Assembly: GCA_041690395.1 (NCBI GenBank)
Contig: JAWLHJ010000001.1
Coordinates: 96,001 to 160,000, forward strand
DNA: 64,000 nucleotides
Source: Longimicrobiales bacterium
Lineage (GTDB): Bacteria > Gemmatimonadota > Gemmatimonadetes > Longimicrobiales > Gaopeijiaceae
Direction of reading: 5' to 3'
Position numbers and translations under genes: made by a program. The notes beneath the pieces are model-generated. The model ran no database searches. It saw only the letters and a list, made by a program, of their open reading frames with translations, and had not been told where the DNA came from. Positions 1-12,692 of this stretch are shown in pieces; the first letter of the stretch is position 1, and each line of letters starts with the position of its first letter.

Positions 1-26
1 GCGTGTGCACTTCCAGGATGGGGCCA

Positions 27-99
27 TGGTCGCTGCAGGACTCGAACCTGCGACATCTACGATGTGAACGTAGCGCTCTACCAGCTGAGCTAAGCGACC
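27..99 (-). tRNA. tRNA-Val (anticodon CAC); 3' CCA not encoded
   Basis: Reverse complement GGTCGCTTAGCTCAGCTGGTAGAGCGCTACGTTCACATCGTAGATGTCGCAGGTTCGAGTCCTGCAGCGACCA folds as a cloverleaf: acceptor GGTCGCT/AGCGACC, anticodon arm CTACG-TTCACAT-CGTAG, GTTCGAG T-loop. Confidence 0.96.
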
Positions 100-110
100 C
101 TCTTCCGTAA

Positions 111-183
111 TACCCCCACGGGGACTCGAACCCCGGTCTTCGCCGTGAGAGGGCGATATCCTAGGCCACTAGACGATGGGGGC
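111..183 (-). tRNA. tRNA-Glu (anticodon CTC); 3' CCA not encoded
   Basis: Reverse complement GCCCCCATCGTCTAGTGGCCTAGGATATCGCCCTCTCACGGCGAAGACCGGGGTTCGAGTCCCCGTGGGGGTA; anticodon arm TCGCC-CTCTCAC-GGCGA; GTTCGAG T-loop. Confidence 0.96.
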
Positions 184-208
184 GTCACTCCGATTTCGGA
201 GAGCACAA

Positions 209-238
209 ATTTTAAGAAACATATGACGACGCGGTCAA
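209..238 (-). promoter_or_regulatory. Putative sigma70 promoter for the tRNA pair
   Basis: Minus strand TTGACC (238-233), 18 bp spacer, TAAAAT (214-209), in an AT-rich patch about 25 bp upstream of tRNA-Glu. Confidence 0.6.
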
Positions 239-975
239 CCCCCGCCGTCCAGGAACCTCCGCACGATCTCGAACACTTCGGTGTCGCGGAGCATGCCTGG
301 GTGCGTGGGACAGCAGACCTCGTGGTCGGGGACCCCAGGAAGCGTGGCACTCTCGGCCGGTAGGACGTGCGTGTCGATCTGCGTCCGGACGGTGATCGCC
401 TGGACGCCACCCGGGAGCGCGGGGCCGGTGTTCAGGCTGTCGAGGAACGGGCTCTCGGGGAGCATCTCGTCGCGCCCGTCGCCCCAGGCGAGGTGCGCGG
501 CCATCGTCCCCCGATGGGGTGACGCCAGGAAGGCGACCCTCCGGACGGGGACCGGATCCCCCCGGAGCAGATACCAGCGTGTGGCGAGCCCTCCCATCGA
601 GAACGCGACCACGTCGAGGGAGTCGGCACCGGTCTCGCGGAGGATGGATCTCGCCACGACGCCGAGCTCCTCGGCGTGGTCCCGGTTGCTTCCGGCCGGG
701 TCGTCGAACGACACGGCACGAACATGGTCCGGCGGCCACCCGGCCTCCACGAGGCGCGAGCGGAGCAGGTCCATGGCCTCGCTCGTGTCGAGCCAACCGG
801 GAATCAGGAGGACCGGAAGGCGCGAGGCGGCGGAGCCGGTCGGGATCCCGACCGAATCGGACGAGTCCACGGGGCCGGGGGCGTCCCGGTGATCGCCGGG
901 CGGATCACTGGGCAGCCATGAAGCGACCGCCCATGCCACTGCGATCGCAATGACGGCGAACAGGGCGCGCTTCAC
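235..975 (-). CDS. Exported alpha/beta-hydrolase (small lipase/esterase)
   Basis: N-terminal hydrophobic signal; VLLIPGW oxyanion strand; AFSMGG nucleophile elbow; LASPHRGT; C-terminal Asp and His (THPGML). Confidence 0.85.
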   Translation of the reverse strand: MKRALFAVIAIAVAWAVASWLPSDPPGDHRDAPGPVDSSDSVGIPTGSAASRLPVLLIPGWLDTSEAMDLLRSRLVEAGWPPDHVRAVSFDDPAGSNRDHAEELGVVARSILRETGADSLDVVAFSMGGLATRWYLLRGDPVPVRRVAFLASPHRGTMAAHLAWGDGRDEMLPESPFLDSLNTGPALPGGVQAITVRTQIDTHVLPAESATLPGVPDHEVCCPTHPGMLRDTEVFEIVRRFLDGGG

Positions 976-978
976 CGA

Positions 979-2373
979 CTACCCTTCGCCGCCGTCGCCC
1001 GACCGCGGCAGCGCCTCGATCGCCAGCGCCAGGGCCTCGATGGCGTGGGCCACCTGATGCTCCGTCAGATACACCGACGGAGTGACCTCGACGACGTTGC
1101 CGACCGGGCCGGCGGGAAGGATCAGCACACCTTCCCGGAGGAGCGCCTCGGCAACCGCACCGCCCGTCCCCGCGCCACCGGGCGCTCCGTCCGCTTCGCC
1201 GAGCTCGACGCCGAGGAGGAGTCCGAGGCCGCGCACCTCGCGCACGCGGCTGCACCCGTCGAGTCGCGCCCGTAGCCGCTCGGTCCAGTCCACGCCGGCC
1301 GCACGCACCCGCTCGTGCACTCCGTCCCGCTCATACTCGTCGAGCACGGCCAGCGCCGCGGCGCATCCCAGCGGGTGCCCGAGGAAAGTGCTCGTGTGGA
1401 TCGCCTCGCCGGTGCTCTCCGGCCACCTGTCCATGACCTCGGCACGGCCCATGCAGGCCGACAGCGGCACCCCACCGCCGAGCGCTTTGCCGAGGCACAT
1501 CAGGTCCGGATCGAGCCCCACCGAGGGCGACGCGAACATGCCGCCACAGCGGCCCGAGCCGGTGAAGACCTCGTCGGCGACGACGACGGTGCCCGCGTCG
1601 TGGGCGAGGCGCGAGAGCTCCGCCATGAATCCGTCGGGAGCGACCCGCGCCCCGCCCCGCCCCTGCATGGGCTCGACCAGCACGGCACCGATGGGATCTC
1701 CGTTGGGTGCACCCCGGTCGAGGGCGTCGGCAACGGCGGCGAGTACGTCGTCGGGCTCGATCCAGGAGGAGCCGTCACGGCCGCTCCCCGGTGCTCCCCC
1801 CGTGCCCGGAAACGGCACGAAGGTCACTCCGCCGTAGAGGCGGTCCAGAAACCGCCCGCGAAAGTGGTCGCGATCTGTCGCGGCCAGCGCTCCGAGCGTA
1901 AGGCCGTGATAAGCGCCTTCGAACGCCAGGATGCCCGGCCGGCCGGTGGCCACCTGGGCCGTCTTGAGCGCGGTCTCGACCGACTCAGAGCCGGTCGACG
2001 AGAGCACCGTCCGGCTCTCGCTCCAGGGCGCCAGCGCCGCCAGCCGCTCCAGCAGGTCGAGCTTCACCCTGGGCGGATGGATGTCGCCCATGCCGTGCAG
2101 CAGGGTACGCGCCTGGGCCTCGACGGCCTCGACCACGACACGAGGTGCGTGCCCGAGCAGTCCGACGCCGAAGGCGCCCGTCAGATCCAGGAAGACGTTG
2201 CCGTCCACGTCCCGCACGTTCCCGCCGCGGGCCTCCTCCCAGAACACGGGCCACCCCTCGTGCACGTGCGTGACGTCGTGCGACTCGACGTCACGCAATC
2301 TGCGCGCGGCATCGCGGGAGCGCGGCCCGGGCGGCGTGACCCGGACGTCGGGGAGCAGGTCGCCGAAGCTCAC
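979..2373 (-). CDS. Class III PLP aminotransferase (4-aminobutyrate/acetylornithine aminotransferase family)
   Basis: DVDGNVFLD, TGSESVETALK, FEGAYHG, EPMQGRGG, ADEVFTGSGRCG, LGKALGGG, HTSTFLGHP, RGLGLLLGVE. Confidence 0.92.
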   Translation of the reverse strand: MSFGDLLPDVRVTPPGPRSRDAARRLRDVESHDVTHVHEGWPVFWEEARGGNVRDVDGNVFLDLTGAFGVGLLGHAPRVVVEAVEAQARTLLHGMGDIHPPRVKLDLLERLAALAPWSESRTVLSSTGSESVETALKTAQVATGRPGILAFEGAYHGLTLGALAATDRDHFRGRFLDRLYGGVTFVPFPGTGGAPGSGRDGSSWIEPDDVLAAVADALDRGAPNGDPIGAVLVEPMQGRGGARVAPDGFMAELSRLAHDAGTVVVADEVFTGSGRCGGMFASPSVGLDPDLMCLGKALGGGVPLSACMGRAEVMDRWPESTGEAIHTSTFLGHPLGCAAALAVLDEYERDGVHERVRAAGVDWTERLRARLDGCSRVREVRGLGLLLGVELGEADGAPGGAGTGGAVAEALLREGVLILPAGPVGNVVEVTPSVYLTEHQVAHAIEALALAIEALPRSGDGGEG

Positions 2374-2380
2374 GGGCTCG

Positions 2381-3280
2381 TCAGCCCTCGCCGAGCCGGT
2401 CCTCGGCCTGCATGCCCATCGCGTGGTAGCCCTTGTCGACGTGCAGCGTCTCGCCGGTGATGCCCGACGCGAGGGGCGACAACAGGAACGCTGCGGCGGT
2501 CCCCACCTCGTCCGCCGTGTTGCACTCGGGGAGCGCCGCGTTCGCCTCGTAATAAGTGACCATGCGATCGATCGAGCCGATCGCCTTGGCGGCGCGGCTG
2601 GCGAGGGGTCCAGCGCTGATCGTGTTCACGCGGATCCCGTGCCGGCGGCCGGCCTCGTACGCCAGGGTGCGGGTGTCCGCCTCGAGCGCGGCCTTCGCCG
2701 AGCTCATCCCACCGCCGTATCCCGGAATGACCCGCTCGGCCGCGAGGTACGACAGCGACACGACCGACCCGCCGTCACGCATGAGCGGTGCGAACCGCTG
2801 CACCAGGCTGACCATGGAGTACGCGCTCGCGCTCACGGCGGCGAGGTAGCCCTCGCGGCTCGTGTCGATGAGCGCCTTCTGCACCTCGGGTCCGTTGGCC
2901 AGGGAGTGCACGAGGATATCCAGGGGACGCTCCCCGAAGTCGGCACGGAGCTCGTCGGCGATCTCCTCGATGGTGAAGGCGTCGAGGTCGACGTAGCGCT
3001 TGTCGTTCCTGATCTCGTCCGGCACCTGGTCCGGCGTGTCGTAGACGGCGTCCAGCGGGTAGATCTTCTCGATCTCGATCTCACCCCCGCCGGGGAGGGA
3101 AATGTCGAGCTTCCCGCGCTCCAGGCTCTTGGTGAAGATGCGGAGCGCCGGTGGCCACGTGCCGATGCAGATCGAGGCGCCGGCCTGCGCCAGCGCACGA
3201 ACGATCGCCCACCCGTAGCCGCGGTCGTCGGCGACGCCCGCCACGAAGGCACGCTTTCCGGAGAGGTCGATGGGTAGCAT
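2381..3280 (-). CDS. fabI: Enoyl-ACP reductase (NADH), plant-plastid/chlamydial type
   Basis: [67 protein letters not shown] at 3280 chosen because a CAGGAG RBS lies upstream. Confidence 0.93.
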   Translation of the reverse strand: MLPIDLSGKRAFVAGVADDRGYGWAIVRALAQAGASICIGTWPPALRIFTKSLERGKLDISLPGGGEIEIEKIYPLDAVYDTPDQVPDEIRNDKRYVDLDAFTIEEIADELRADFGERPLDILVHSLANGPEVQKALIDTSREGYLAAVSASAYSMVSLVQRFAPLMRDGGSVVSLSYLAAERVIPGYGGGMSSAKAALEADTRTLAYEAGRRHGIRVNTISAGPLASRAAKAIGSIDRMVTYYEANAALPECNTADEVGTAAAFLLSPLASGITGETLHVDKGYHAMGMQAEDRLGEG

Positions 3281-3376
3281 GTGCTGAAAGCTCCTGGATG
3301 CGGATGCGAGATCGAATGATGGCAATCAGACCCTGAAAGTAGCAGGTCGACGGCGGTGCGTCCGCCGCGCGACGGA

Positions 3377-4513
3377 CTACTCGTCCGGGTCGCCCGACCG
3401 GCCCGAAATCCAGAAGAGCAGCGCCGCGGTGAAAGCCAGAGCGAACACCGCGCCGAGCGCGCCGCCCCGCTCCACGCCCCAGTACCAGACGGCCGCGACG
3501 AACGCGACGGCCGCCGCCCCGATCACGGGCCGGAGGCCTCGGGTGTTTCCGTATGCGAACGCGGCCACGCCGCCGCCGCCGACCAGCAGCAGAGCGAGCT
3601 CCGGCGGCCCGTCGATGAGCTCGAGCGCGGTGTAGAACCCGAACGGAATCCACAGCAGGACTTGATACGACAGGAGCTTGGCCAGCCAGGCGCGCCGGTC
3701 TCCGTGGTCGTCCGAGCCGATCGCTCGTGTGGTGAGCACAACCGCCATCAACAGCCAGAGGTCGAGGGGGAGGACCGCCTCGTCTTCGAGCCCCAGCGGG
3801 CCCACGGCCGTCAGGCCGATCAGGATGAACCCGGCCGAGATCGCGGTCACGAACGCGTTCAGCAGCCACGGGTGCTCGGCGCCGTCCGGGTCGTCCCGCA
3901 GCATCCGCCCCAGCACGAGGAGCGCGCCCAGAAGCGCGGCATCGAGGACCCAGACGATCGCGTCTTCGGAGAGCGGCGTCGCCCGGTCGAGGAAGACCGC
4001 GAGGAATGCCAACGAGAACGCGAGATGGATCGCGGGCATGACCGGCCCGGTCCGGATGGCGCGCGGTGCCAGCACGATGGGCACCGCGAGCGCGAACGCA
4101 CCGGCGACCATGCCGCCGACAGACATGTCGCCCCAGACCCGCTTCGAGTACACGGAGCTCGCGAGCAGCAAGGCGAGGCCAGCGGTCTGCAGGAGATACG
4201 CGACCGGGAGCCAGCGCCGGCCGCGCTCGAGGAAGATCCCCCCGACCACCATGCCCGCGCCGCACGCCGCGAGCACGGCCGCCCGCGCGCCGTCTCCGAG
4301 CAGCGGCCAGCTCCATTCCAGGAACACGCCACCCGCGATCAGGGCGATGGTGGCCGCGGTGGCGGCCAGCACGTACTGCACCATGCGGCGCGTGCCGACC
4401 TCCGCGGAGGTCTGGGTGTCGTTCCGGAGGGTCCGGGCCAGGGCGGAATCGACGAGGCCCGACCGCTCCCAGCGGTCGATCGCCTCGAACACCGCGTCGA
4501 CGTCTCGGCTCAT
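3377..4513 (-). CDS. Multi-pass membrane protein, DUF2157-like
   Basis: N-terminal IDRWERSGLVD motif typical of DUF2157, then about 10-11 hydrophobic helices; start uncertain. Confidence 0.65.
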   Translation of the reverse strand: MSRDVDAVFEAIDRWERSGLVDSALARTLRNDTQTSAEVGTRRMVQYVLAATAATIALIAGGVFLEWSWPLLGDGARAAVLAACGAGMVVGGIFLERGRRWLPVAYLLQTAGLALLLASSVYSKRVWGDMSVGGMVAGAFALAVPIVLAPRAIRTGPVMPAIHLAFSLAFLAVFLDRATPLSEDAIVWVLDAALLGALLVLGRMLRDDPDGAEHPWLLNAFVTAISAGFILIGLTAVGPLGLEDEAVLPLDLWLLMAVVLTTRAIGSDDHGDRRAWLAKLLSYQVLLWIPFGFYTALELIDGPPELALLLVGGGGVAAFAYGNTRGLRPVIGAAAVAFVAAVWYWGVERGGALGAVFALAFTAALLFWISGRSGDPDE

Positions 4514-4574
4514 CGCCCCAAGGTGGTCGTCAGGATCCCCGGCGCGCAACGTTTACGCGCATATCAGGTCGGGT

Positions 4575-5534
4575 TCAGATCAGGAAGGCGAATCCACCCA
4601 GATAGCCGGCGAGAAGAATCGCACCCTCCCACCTGCGGAGCCGCCAGCTCATGCGGACGAGCGGAAAAAGGGCCAGCGACATGAGGGTGACCGCCACGAG
4701 CTCGTGCGTCATGACGGTCCGTTCGATCGGGATGGGCGCGATGATTGCGGTCACCCCCAGGATGCCCGCCAGGTTGAAGATGTTCGACCCGATGACGTTG
4801 CCGACCGCGATGTCGGCCTCCTGACGGATGGCGGCCACGACGGAGGTGGCGAGCTCGGGAAGCGACGTTCCGATGGCCACCACGGTGAGGCCGATCACGA
4901 CCTCGGAGATGCCGAGCGCGGTCCCCACGCCGACGGCCCCCTCGACGATCGAGTAGCCGCCGACCACGAGCCCCAGGCACCCGGCGACGACGAGCCCGAA
5001 GTCCTTGAGCCGAAGGGGCGGCGGCGCGTCGCCCTCCTCCACCAAGCCCTGCACCTCGCCGAGGATCGCGGGCGCCTTCTCGCCCACGGTCCGGAACGCC
5101 GAGACGAGGTACGCGGCCAGGGCCGCGAGCAGGATGACCCCGTCGACGCGGCTCAGCATCATGTCCCACAGGAGCGGGAAGAGCGCCAGCGTGATGAGCA
5201 GCATGATGGGCATCTCACGCGTGACCACCCGGCGCTGGACGTTCAGCGGAGTGATCATCGCCGTCACACCCAGGATGAGTCCCATGTTCGCCAGATTCGA
5301 CCCGAGCACGTTGCCGGTGGCCAGGGCCGGCCGTCCCTCGAGCGCGGCGACCACGCACACGACGAGCTCCGGCGCCGACGTGCCGAGCGACACCACGGTG
5401 AGGCCGACCACGATGGGGCTGATGCCGAGCGACGCCGCCATGTGGGCAGCGCCGCGCACGAGCCACTCCGCTCCGAAGTAGAGCACGCCGATACCGACGA
5501 CGAGCACGCCGACATCGATCACGAGCTGGCTCAC
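4575..5534 (-). CDS. Calcium/sodium antiporter (CaCA, YrbG-like)
   Basis: Two alpha repeats: GTSAPEL...GNVLGSN and GTSLPEL...GNVIGSN. GTG start 10 bp after the polX stop. Confidence 0.93.
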   Translation of the reverse strand: MSQLVIDVGVLVVGIGVLYFGAEWLVRGAAHMAASLGISPIVVGLTVVSLGTSAPELVVCVVAALEGRPALATGNVLGSNLANMGLILGVTAMITPLNVQRRVVTREMPIMLLITLALFPLLWDMMLSRVDGVILLAALAAYLVSAFRTVGEKAPAILGEVQGLVEEGDAPPPLRLKDFGLVVAGCLGLVVGGYSIVEGAVGVGTALGISEVVIGLTVVAIGTSLPELATSVVAAIRQEADIAVGNVIGSNIFNLAGILGVTAIIAPIPIERTVMTHELVAVTLMSLALFPLVRMSWRLRRWEGAILLAGYLGGFAFLI

Positions 5535-5544
5535 GAGGCCCGCC

Positions 5545-9413
<3,869 letters not shown>

Positions 9414-9436
9414 TCACGGATCCGGGGCCTGCAAAT

Positions 9437-10690
9437 ATGGCGACGGGCCCCGTGCATCGACCACGGGGACCGGTCTCGTCGATCCAGCCCCCGTTACCGG
9501 ACCACCCCTTGAACGTTCCAGAGCTCAGAGCGGACACCCCCGGATGCGCCGAGCGCGTGCACCTGAACAGCGCCGGCGCTTCCCTCATGCCCCGGCCGGT
9601 GGTGGAGACGGTGAAGGCGCACCTCGACCTCGAGGCCCGCATAGGGGGTTACGAGGCCGAGGCCGAGGCTGGTGCCGCCATTGAGCTGGCGTATCAGCAC
9701 GTCGCGGATCTCCTGGGCACGACCCCCGACCGGATCGCGTTCACCGAGCACGCCACGGCGGGGTTCGTCGCGGCTCTGTCATCGATCCCCTTCCGCGTCG
9801 GAGACGTGATCGCGACGACACGCCACGACTACGTGTCGAACCAGATCCAATACCTGTCGCTGGCCCGCCGCTTCGGCGTGGAGGTGATCAGGGTCCCCGA
9901 CGCGCCGGAGGGCGGTGTCGACCTCGCGGCCATGGAGGAGACCATCCATCGCCGACGCCCCCGGCTGGTCGCGGTCACCCAGATCCCGACCAACTCCGGT
10001 CTCGTCCAGGACGTTGCCACCATCGGTGCCATGTGCCGGGCCCGGGACGTTCCGTTCCTGGTCGACGGGTGCCAGTCGGTGGGCCAGATGCCGGTCGACG
10101 TCGAGGCCATCGGGTGCGACTTCTTCTCGGCGACGGCCCGCAAGTTCTTGCGGGGTCCGCGGGGTGCCGGCTTCCTGTACGTCTCGGACCGGGTGCTCGA
10201 CCGCGGCTTCGAGCCACTCTTTCCGGACCTCCGTGGCGCCGACATGGTGGCGGGAGACGTGTATCAGCCGGCTCCGGACGCCAAGCGCTTCGAGACCTGG
10301 GAGTTCCAGTGGGGCCTCGTGCTAGGGACGGGCGTGGCGGCCCGGTACGCCCTCGACGTCGGGCTCGAGGCCATCCGTGATCGGGCCCGCGCGCTCGCGA
10401 ACGAGCTGCGCACCGGGCTCGCGGCAATCGACGGGGTCCGGGTGCTCGATCGGGGTCCCGAGCTCGGCGCGATCGTGACGGCCTCGGTGGACGGCTACGT
10501 GCCCGCCGACCTGGTTCAGGCCCTGCGCGCACGGGGCATCAACACGTCATCCCAGACCCGGCTCGACGCGGTGATCGACTACGACGACAAGGGGGTCGAC
10601 GGCGCGCTCCGGATCTCGCCCCACTACTTCAACGACGAGTCGGACCTCGACGCGCTGCTCGAGGGCCTGACCGAGATCGTCCATGGATGA
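9437..10690 (+). CDS. Class V PLP-dependent enzyme (C-S lyase/desulfurase-like fold)
   Basis: HLNSAGAS, VDGCQSVGQ, SATARKFLRGPRG, LRISPHYFN. The true start may be the TTG near 9509. Confidence 0.85.
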   Translation: MATGPVHRPRGPVSSIQPPLPDHPLNVPELRADTPGCAERVHLNSAGASLMPRPVVETVKAHLDLEARIGGYEAEAEAGAAIELAYQHVADLLGTTPDRIAFTEHATAGFVAALSSIPFRVGDVIATTRHDYVSNQIQYLSLARRFGVEVIRVPDAPEGGVDLAAMEETIHRRRPRLVAVTQIPTNSGLVQDVATIGAMCRARDVPFLVDGCQSVGQMPVDVEAIGCDFFSATARKFLRGPRGAGFLYVSDRVLDRGFEPLFPDLRGADMVAGDVYQPAPDAKRFETWEFQWGLVLGTGVAARYALDVGLEAIRDRARALANELRTGLAAIDGVRVLDRGPELGAIVTASVDGYVPADLVQALRARGINTSSQTRLDAVIDYDDKGVDGALRISPHYFNDESDLDALLEGLTEIVHG

Positions 10691-10796
10691 GCGGGCTGAA
10701 GGATTCCCGACGCGCCGCCGTACTCGGGGCGTAGACGGTGGGGGAGGTCGGCACGCGACACCGCGTCGCGCCGGCGGGGACCAGTAAGGAGAGGCG

Positions 10797-11363
10797 TTGC
10801 GGCCGGAGCTCGAGCGGGAGTTGATCCGAAAGTGCAGGGCGGGAGACCCCCGCTTCTACGAGCCGCTGGTGCGTGCCTACGAGCCCGCCGGGCTCAGGCT
10901 GTCGATCGCCATGATGGGCAACGCCGAGGACGCCGAAGACGCGCTTCAGGAGGCTTTCGTGAAGACCTACGACTCGCTCCACCGCTTCGACCTCCGGAAG
11001 CCTTTCGGGCCGTGGTTCTTCCAGATCCTCCGCAACCAGTGCCGCGACATGCTCCGGAGCCGGAAGGCCAAGTTCCGTGTCGAGTCGCTGGACGAGAGGC
11101 TCGAGAGCCGGCCCGCCGACCCGGAGGACGGGCCGGAACGGGCCCGCCAGCGCAACGCCGCGCGTGAGCTGCTCTGGGCGGGGCTCGAGCGCATCGGCGA
11201 CGAGCACCGGGAGGTTCTCGTGTTGAAGGAGCTACAGGGCTTCCGGTACGCGGAGATCGCGCAGATCCTCGAGATCCCCGAGGGCACCGTGGCCAGCCGG
11301 CTGTTCCATGCCCGTCAGGCGCTGCAGGCGGCCCTGGTGGAGCTGGGAGTGGAGGGTCCGTGA
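10797..11363 (+). CDS. ECF RNA polymerase sigma factor
   Basis: DAEDALQEAF, FGPWFFQILRN (region 2); YAEIAQILEIPEGTVASRLFHAR (region 4); TTG start after AAGGAGAGG. Confidence 0.94.
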   Translation: MRPELERELIRKCRAGDPRFYEPLVRAYEPAGLRLSIAMMGNAEDAEDALQEAFVKTYDSLHRFDLRKPFGPWFFQILRNQCRDMLRSRKAKFRVESLDERLESRPADPEDGPERARQRNAARELLWAGLERIGDEHREVLVLKELQGFRYAEIAQILEIPEGTVASRLFHARQALQAALVELGVEGP

Positions 11364-11773
11364 GCGCGCCCGGCCCCGTGTCCGAACAGGACCTGATGCG
11401 TTATCTGGACGGCGAGCTCCCGCCGGCGGAGCGCGCGCGGGTCGACACGGCGCTCGACGCCTCTCCGGAACTGCGCGCACAACTCGAGAACTTCCGCTCG
11501 CTGCGCGCCGGCTTCCACGACCTCACCTTCCCGCCCGCGGGGCCGGACCGGTCGGTCTGGGACCGGGTGGCGGTCCGCGTGTTCCGCTCCTCCGAGCGCA
11601 TGTTCATCGGGATCGGCGTCGGGCTCTGGCTCGCGTACGGCGCCTACGAGCTGTCGACGGGGCGGAGCGACGCCTGGACGCGCGTGGCGGTGGGCGGTAT
11701 GGCGATCGGCGTGCTCGTGCTGTTCGCCCTCGTCATCCGGGACCGCTACCGGACGTGGTCCGACGACGTGTGA
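11360..11773 (+). CDS. Putative membrane anti-sigma factor
   Basis: GTGA overlap with the ECF gene; YLDGEL...ERARV anti-sigma N-terminus; two predicted TM helices. Confidence 0.8.
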   Translation: MSAPGPVSEQDLMRYLDGELPPAERARVDTALDASPELRAQLENFRSLRAGFHDLTFPPAGPDRSVWDRVAVRVFRSSERMFIGIGVGLWLAYGAYELSTGRSDAWTRVAVGGMAIGVLVLFALVIRDRYRTWSDDV

Positions 11774-11833
11774 GGCACCCGTCGCTCGACCCGCTCTCTT
11801 GCTGACCTCCGACCCGCCCCGGCATGTTGCGGC

Positions 11834-12664
11834 GTGTCCCCAACGATCAGGCCCGACTCCGAGGTGCCCGTGGCGCGACTGGCCATCTTCCAGCCGGACG
11901 CGCGCTCGGGCGCCCGCCTCAATGCGGCGCTTTCCGGAGTCCACGAACTTCTGCCGTCCGACTCCTGGGACGAGCTGGTCGCGGAGATCTCGGGGGGCCG
12001 CGTGGAGGGCGCCCTGATCGACGCCGACCACCCGTCGCCCGACGAAGCGCTGGCGCGCGTCGCACTTCTCAGGGGTGCGTTTCCCGACATCGCGGTCATC
12101 GGCTTCACGGAGCGGACACGGTCGCGCGACTTCTACGAGCTGGGAGCGACGGGGCTCGACGGCTTCGTCTCGGGGACGGACGGGGTGCTGGGAACCAAGG
12201 GGGCCGTCGACGACGCCCTGGCGGCGCGGAGAGGACGCGCGGTTGAAGAAGCGCTACGTGCTCGGCTCCCGTCTCCTGCGCCGGAAGCGATCGGCTGGAC
12301 ACTCGCCCACGCCGGCGGTGACGTAACCGTCGAGAAGATGGCGCGGGCGCTCGGCTTCTCCCTCTACGCGCTCCGTGGTATGCTGCACGAGCGTGGACTC
12401 CCCGGCCCGTCCGACCTGATCGTGTGGGGACGCCTGCTCGCGGTCGCAGGACGGCTGCAGGCAGACGGAAGGAAGGTCGAGGAGACTGCATTCGCACTCG
12501 GGTACTCGTCTTCGCCCGCACTCGCCCGGGCCGTGCGGTCACGAACCGGACTCACCCCCCGGGAGCTCGCGAGCACGGGCTTTCACGCCGTCCTCCAGCT
12601 TCTCGTGCGGACGCTGACGGGATCCGGCGCTCCCGCGGAGTTCCGCGAAGACATCATCCCGTAG
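11834..12664 (+). CDS. AraC-family transcriptional regulator with receiver-like N-terminus
   Basis: C-terminal VEETAFALGYSSSPALARAVRSRTGLTPRE AraC HTH; N-terminal alpha/beta pattern (GALIDAD, AVIGFT) resembling a REC domain. Confidence 0.75.
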   Translation: MSPTIRPDSEVPVARLAIFQPDARSGARLNAALSGVHELLPSDSWDELVAEISGGRVEGALIDADHPSPDEALARVALLRGAFPDIAVIGFTERTRSRDFYELGATGLDGFVSGTDGVLGTKGAVDDALAARRGRAVEEALRARLPSPAPEAIGWTLAHAGGDVTVEKMARALGFSLYALRGMLHERGLPGPSDLIVWGRLLAVAGRLQADGRKVEETAFALGYSSSPALARAVRSRTGLTPRELASTGFHAVLQLLVRTLTGSGAPAEFREDIIP

Positions 12665-12692
12665 CCAACACATCGAGAAGACCACCGAGCCC

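Noticed and set aside
90..410. ORFs overlapping the tRNAs
   Set aside because: They run through clear tRNA cloverleaves and the lipase 3' end; spurious.
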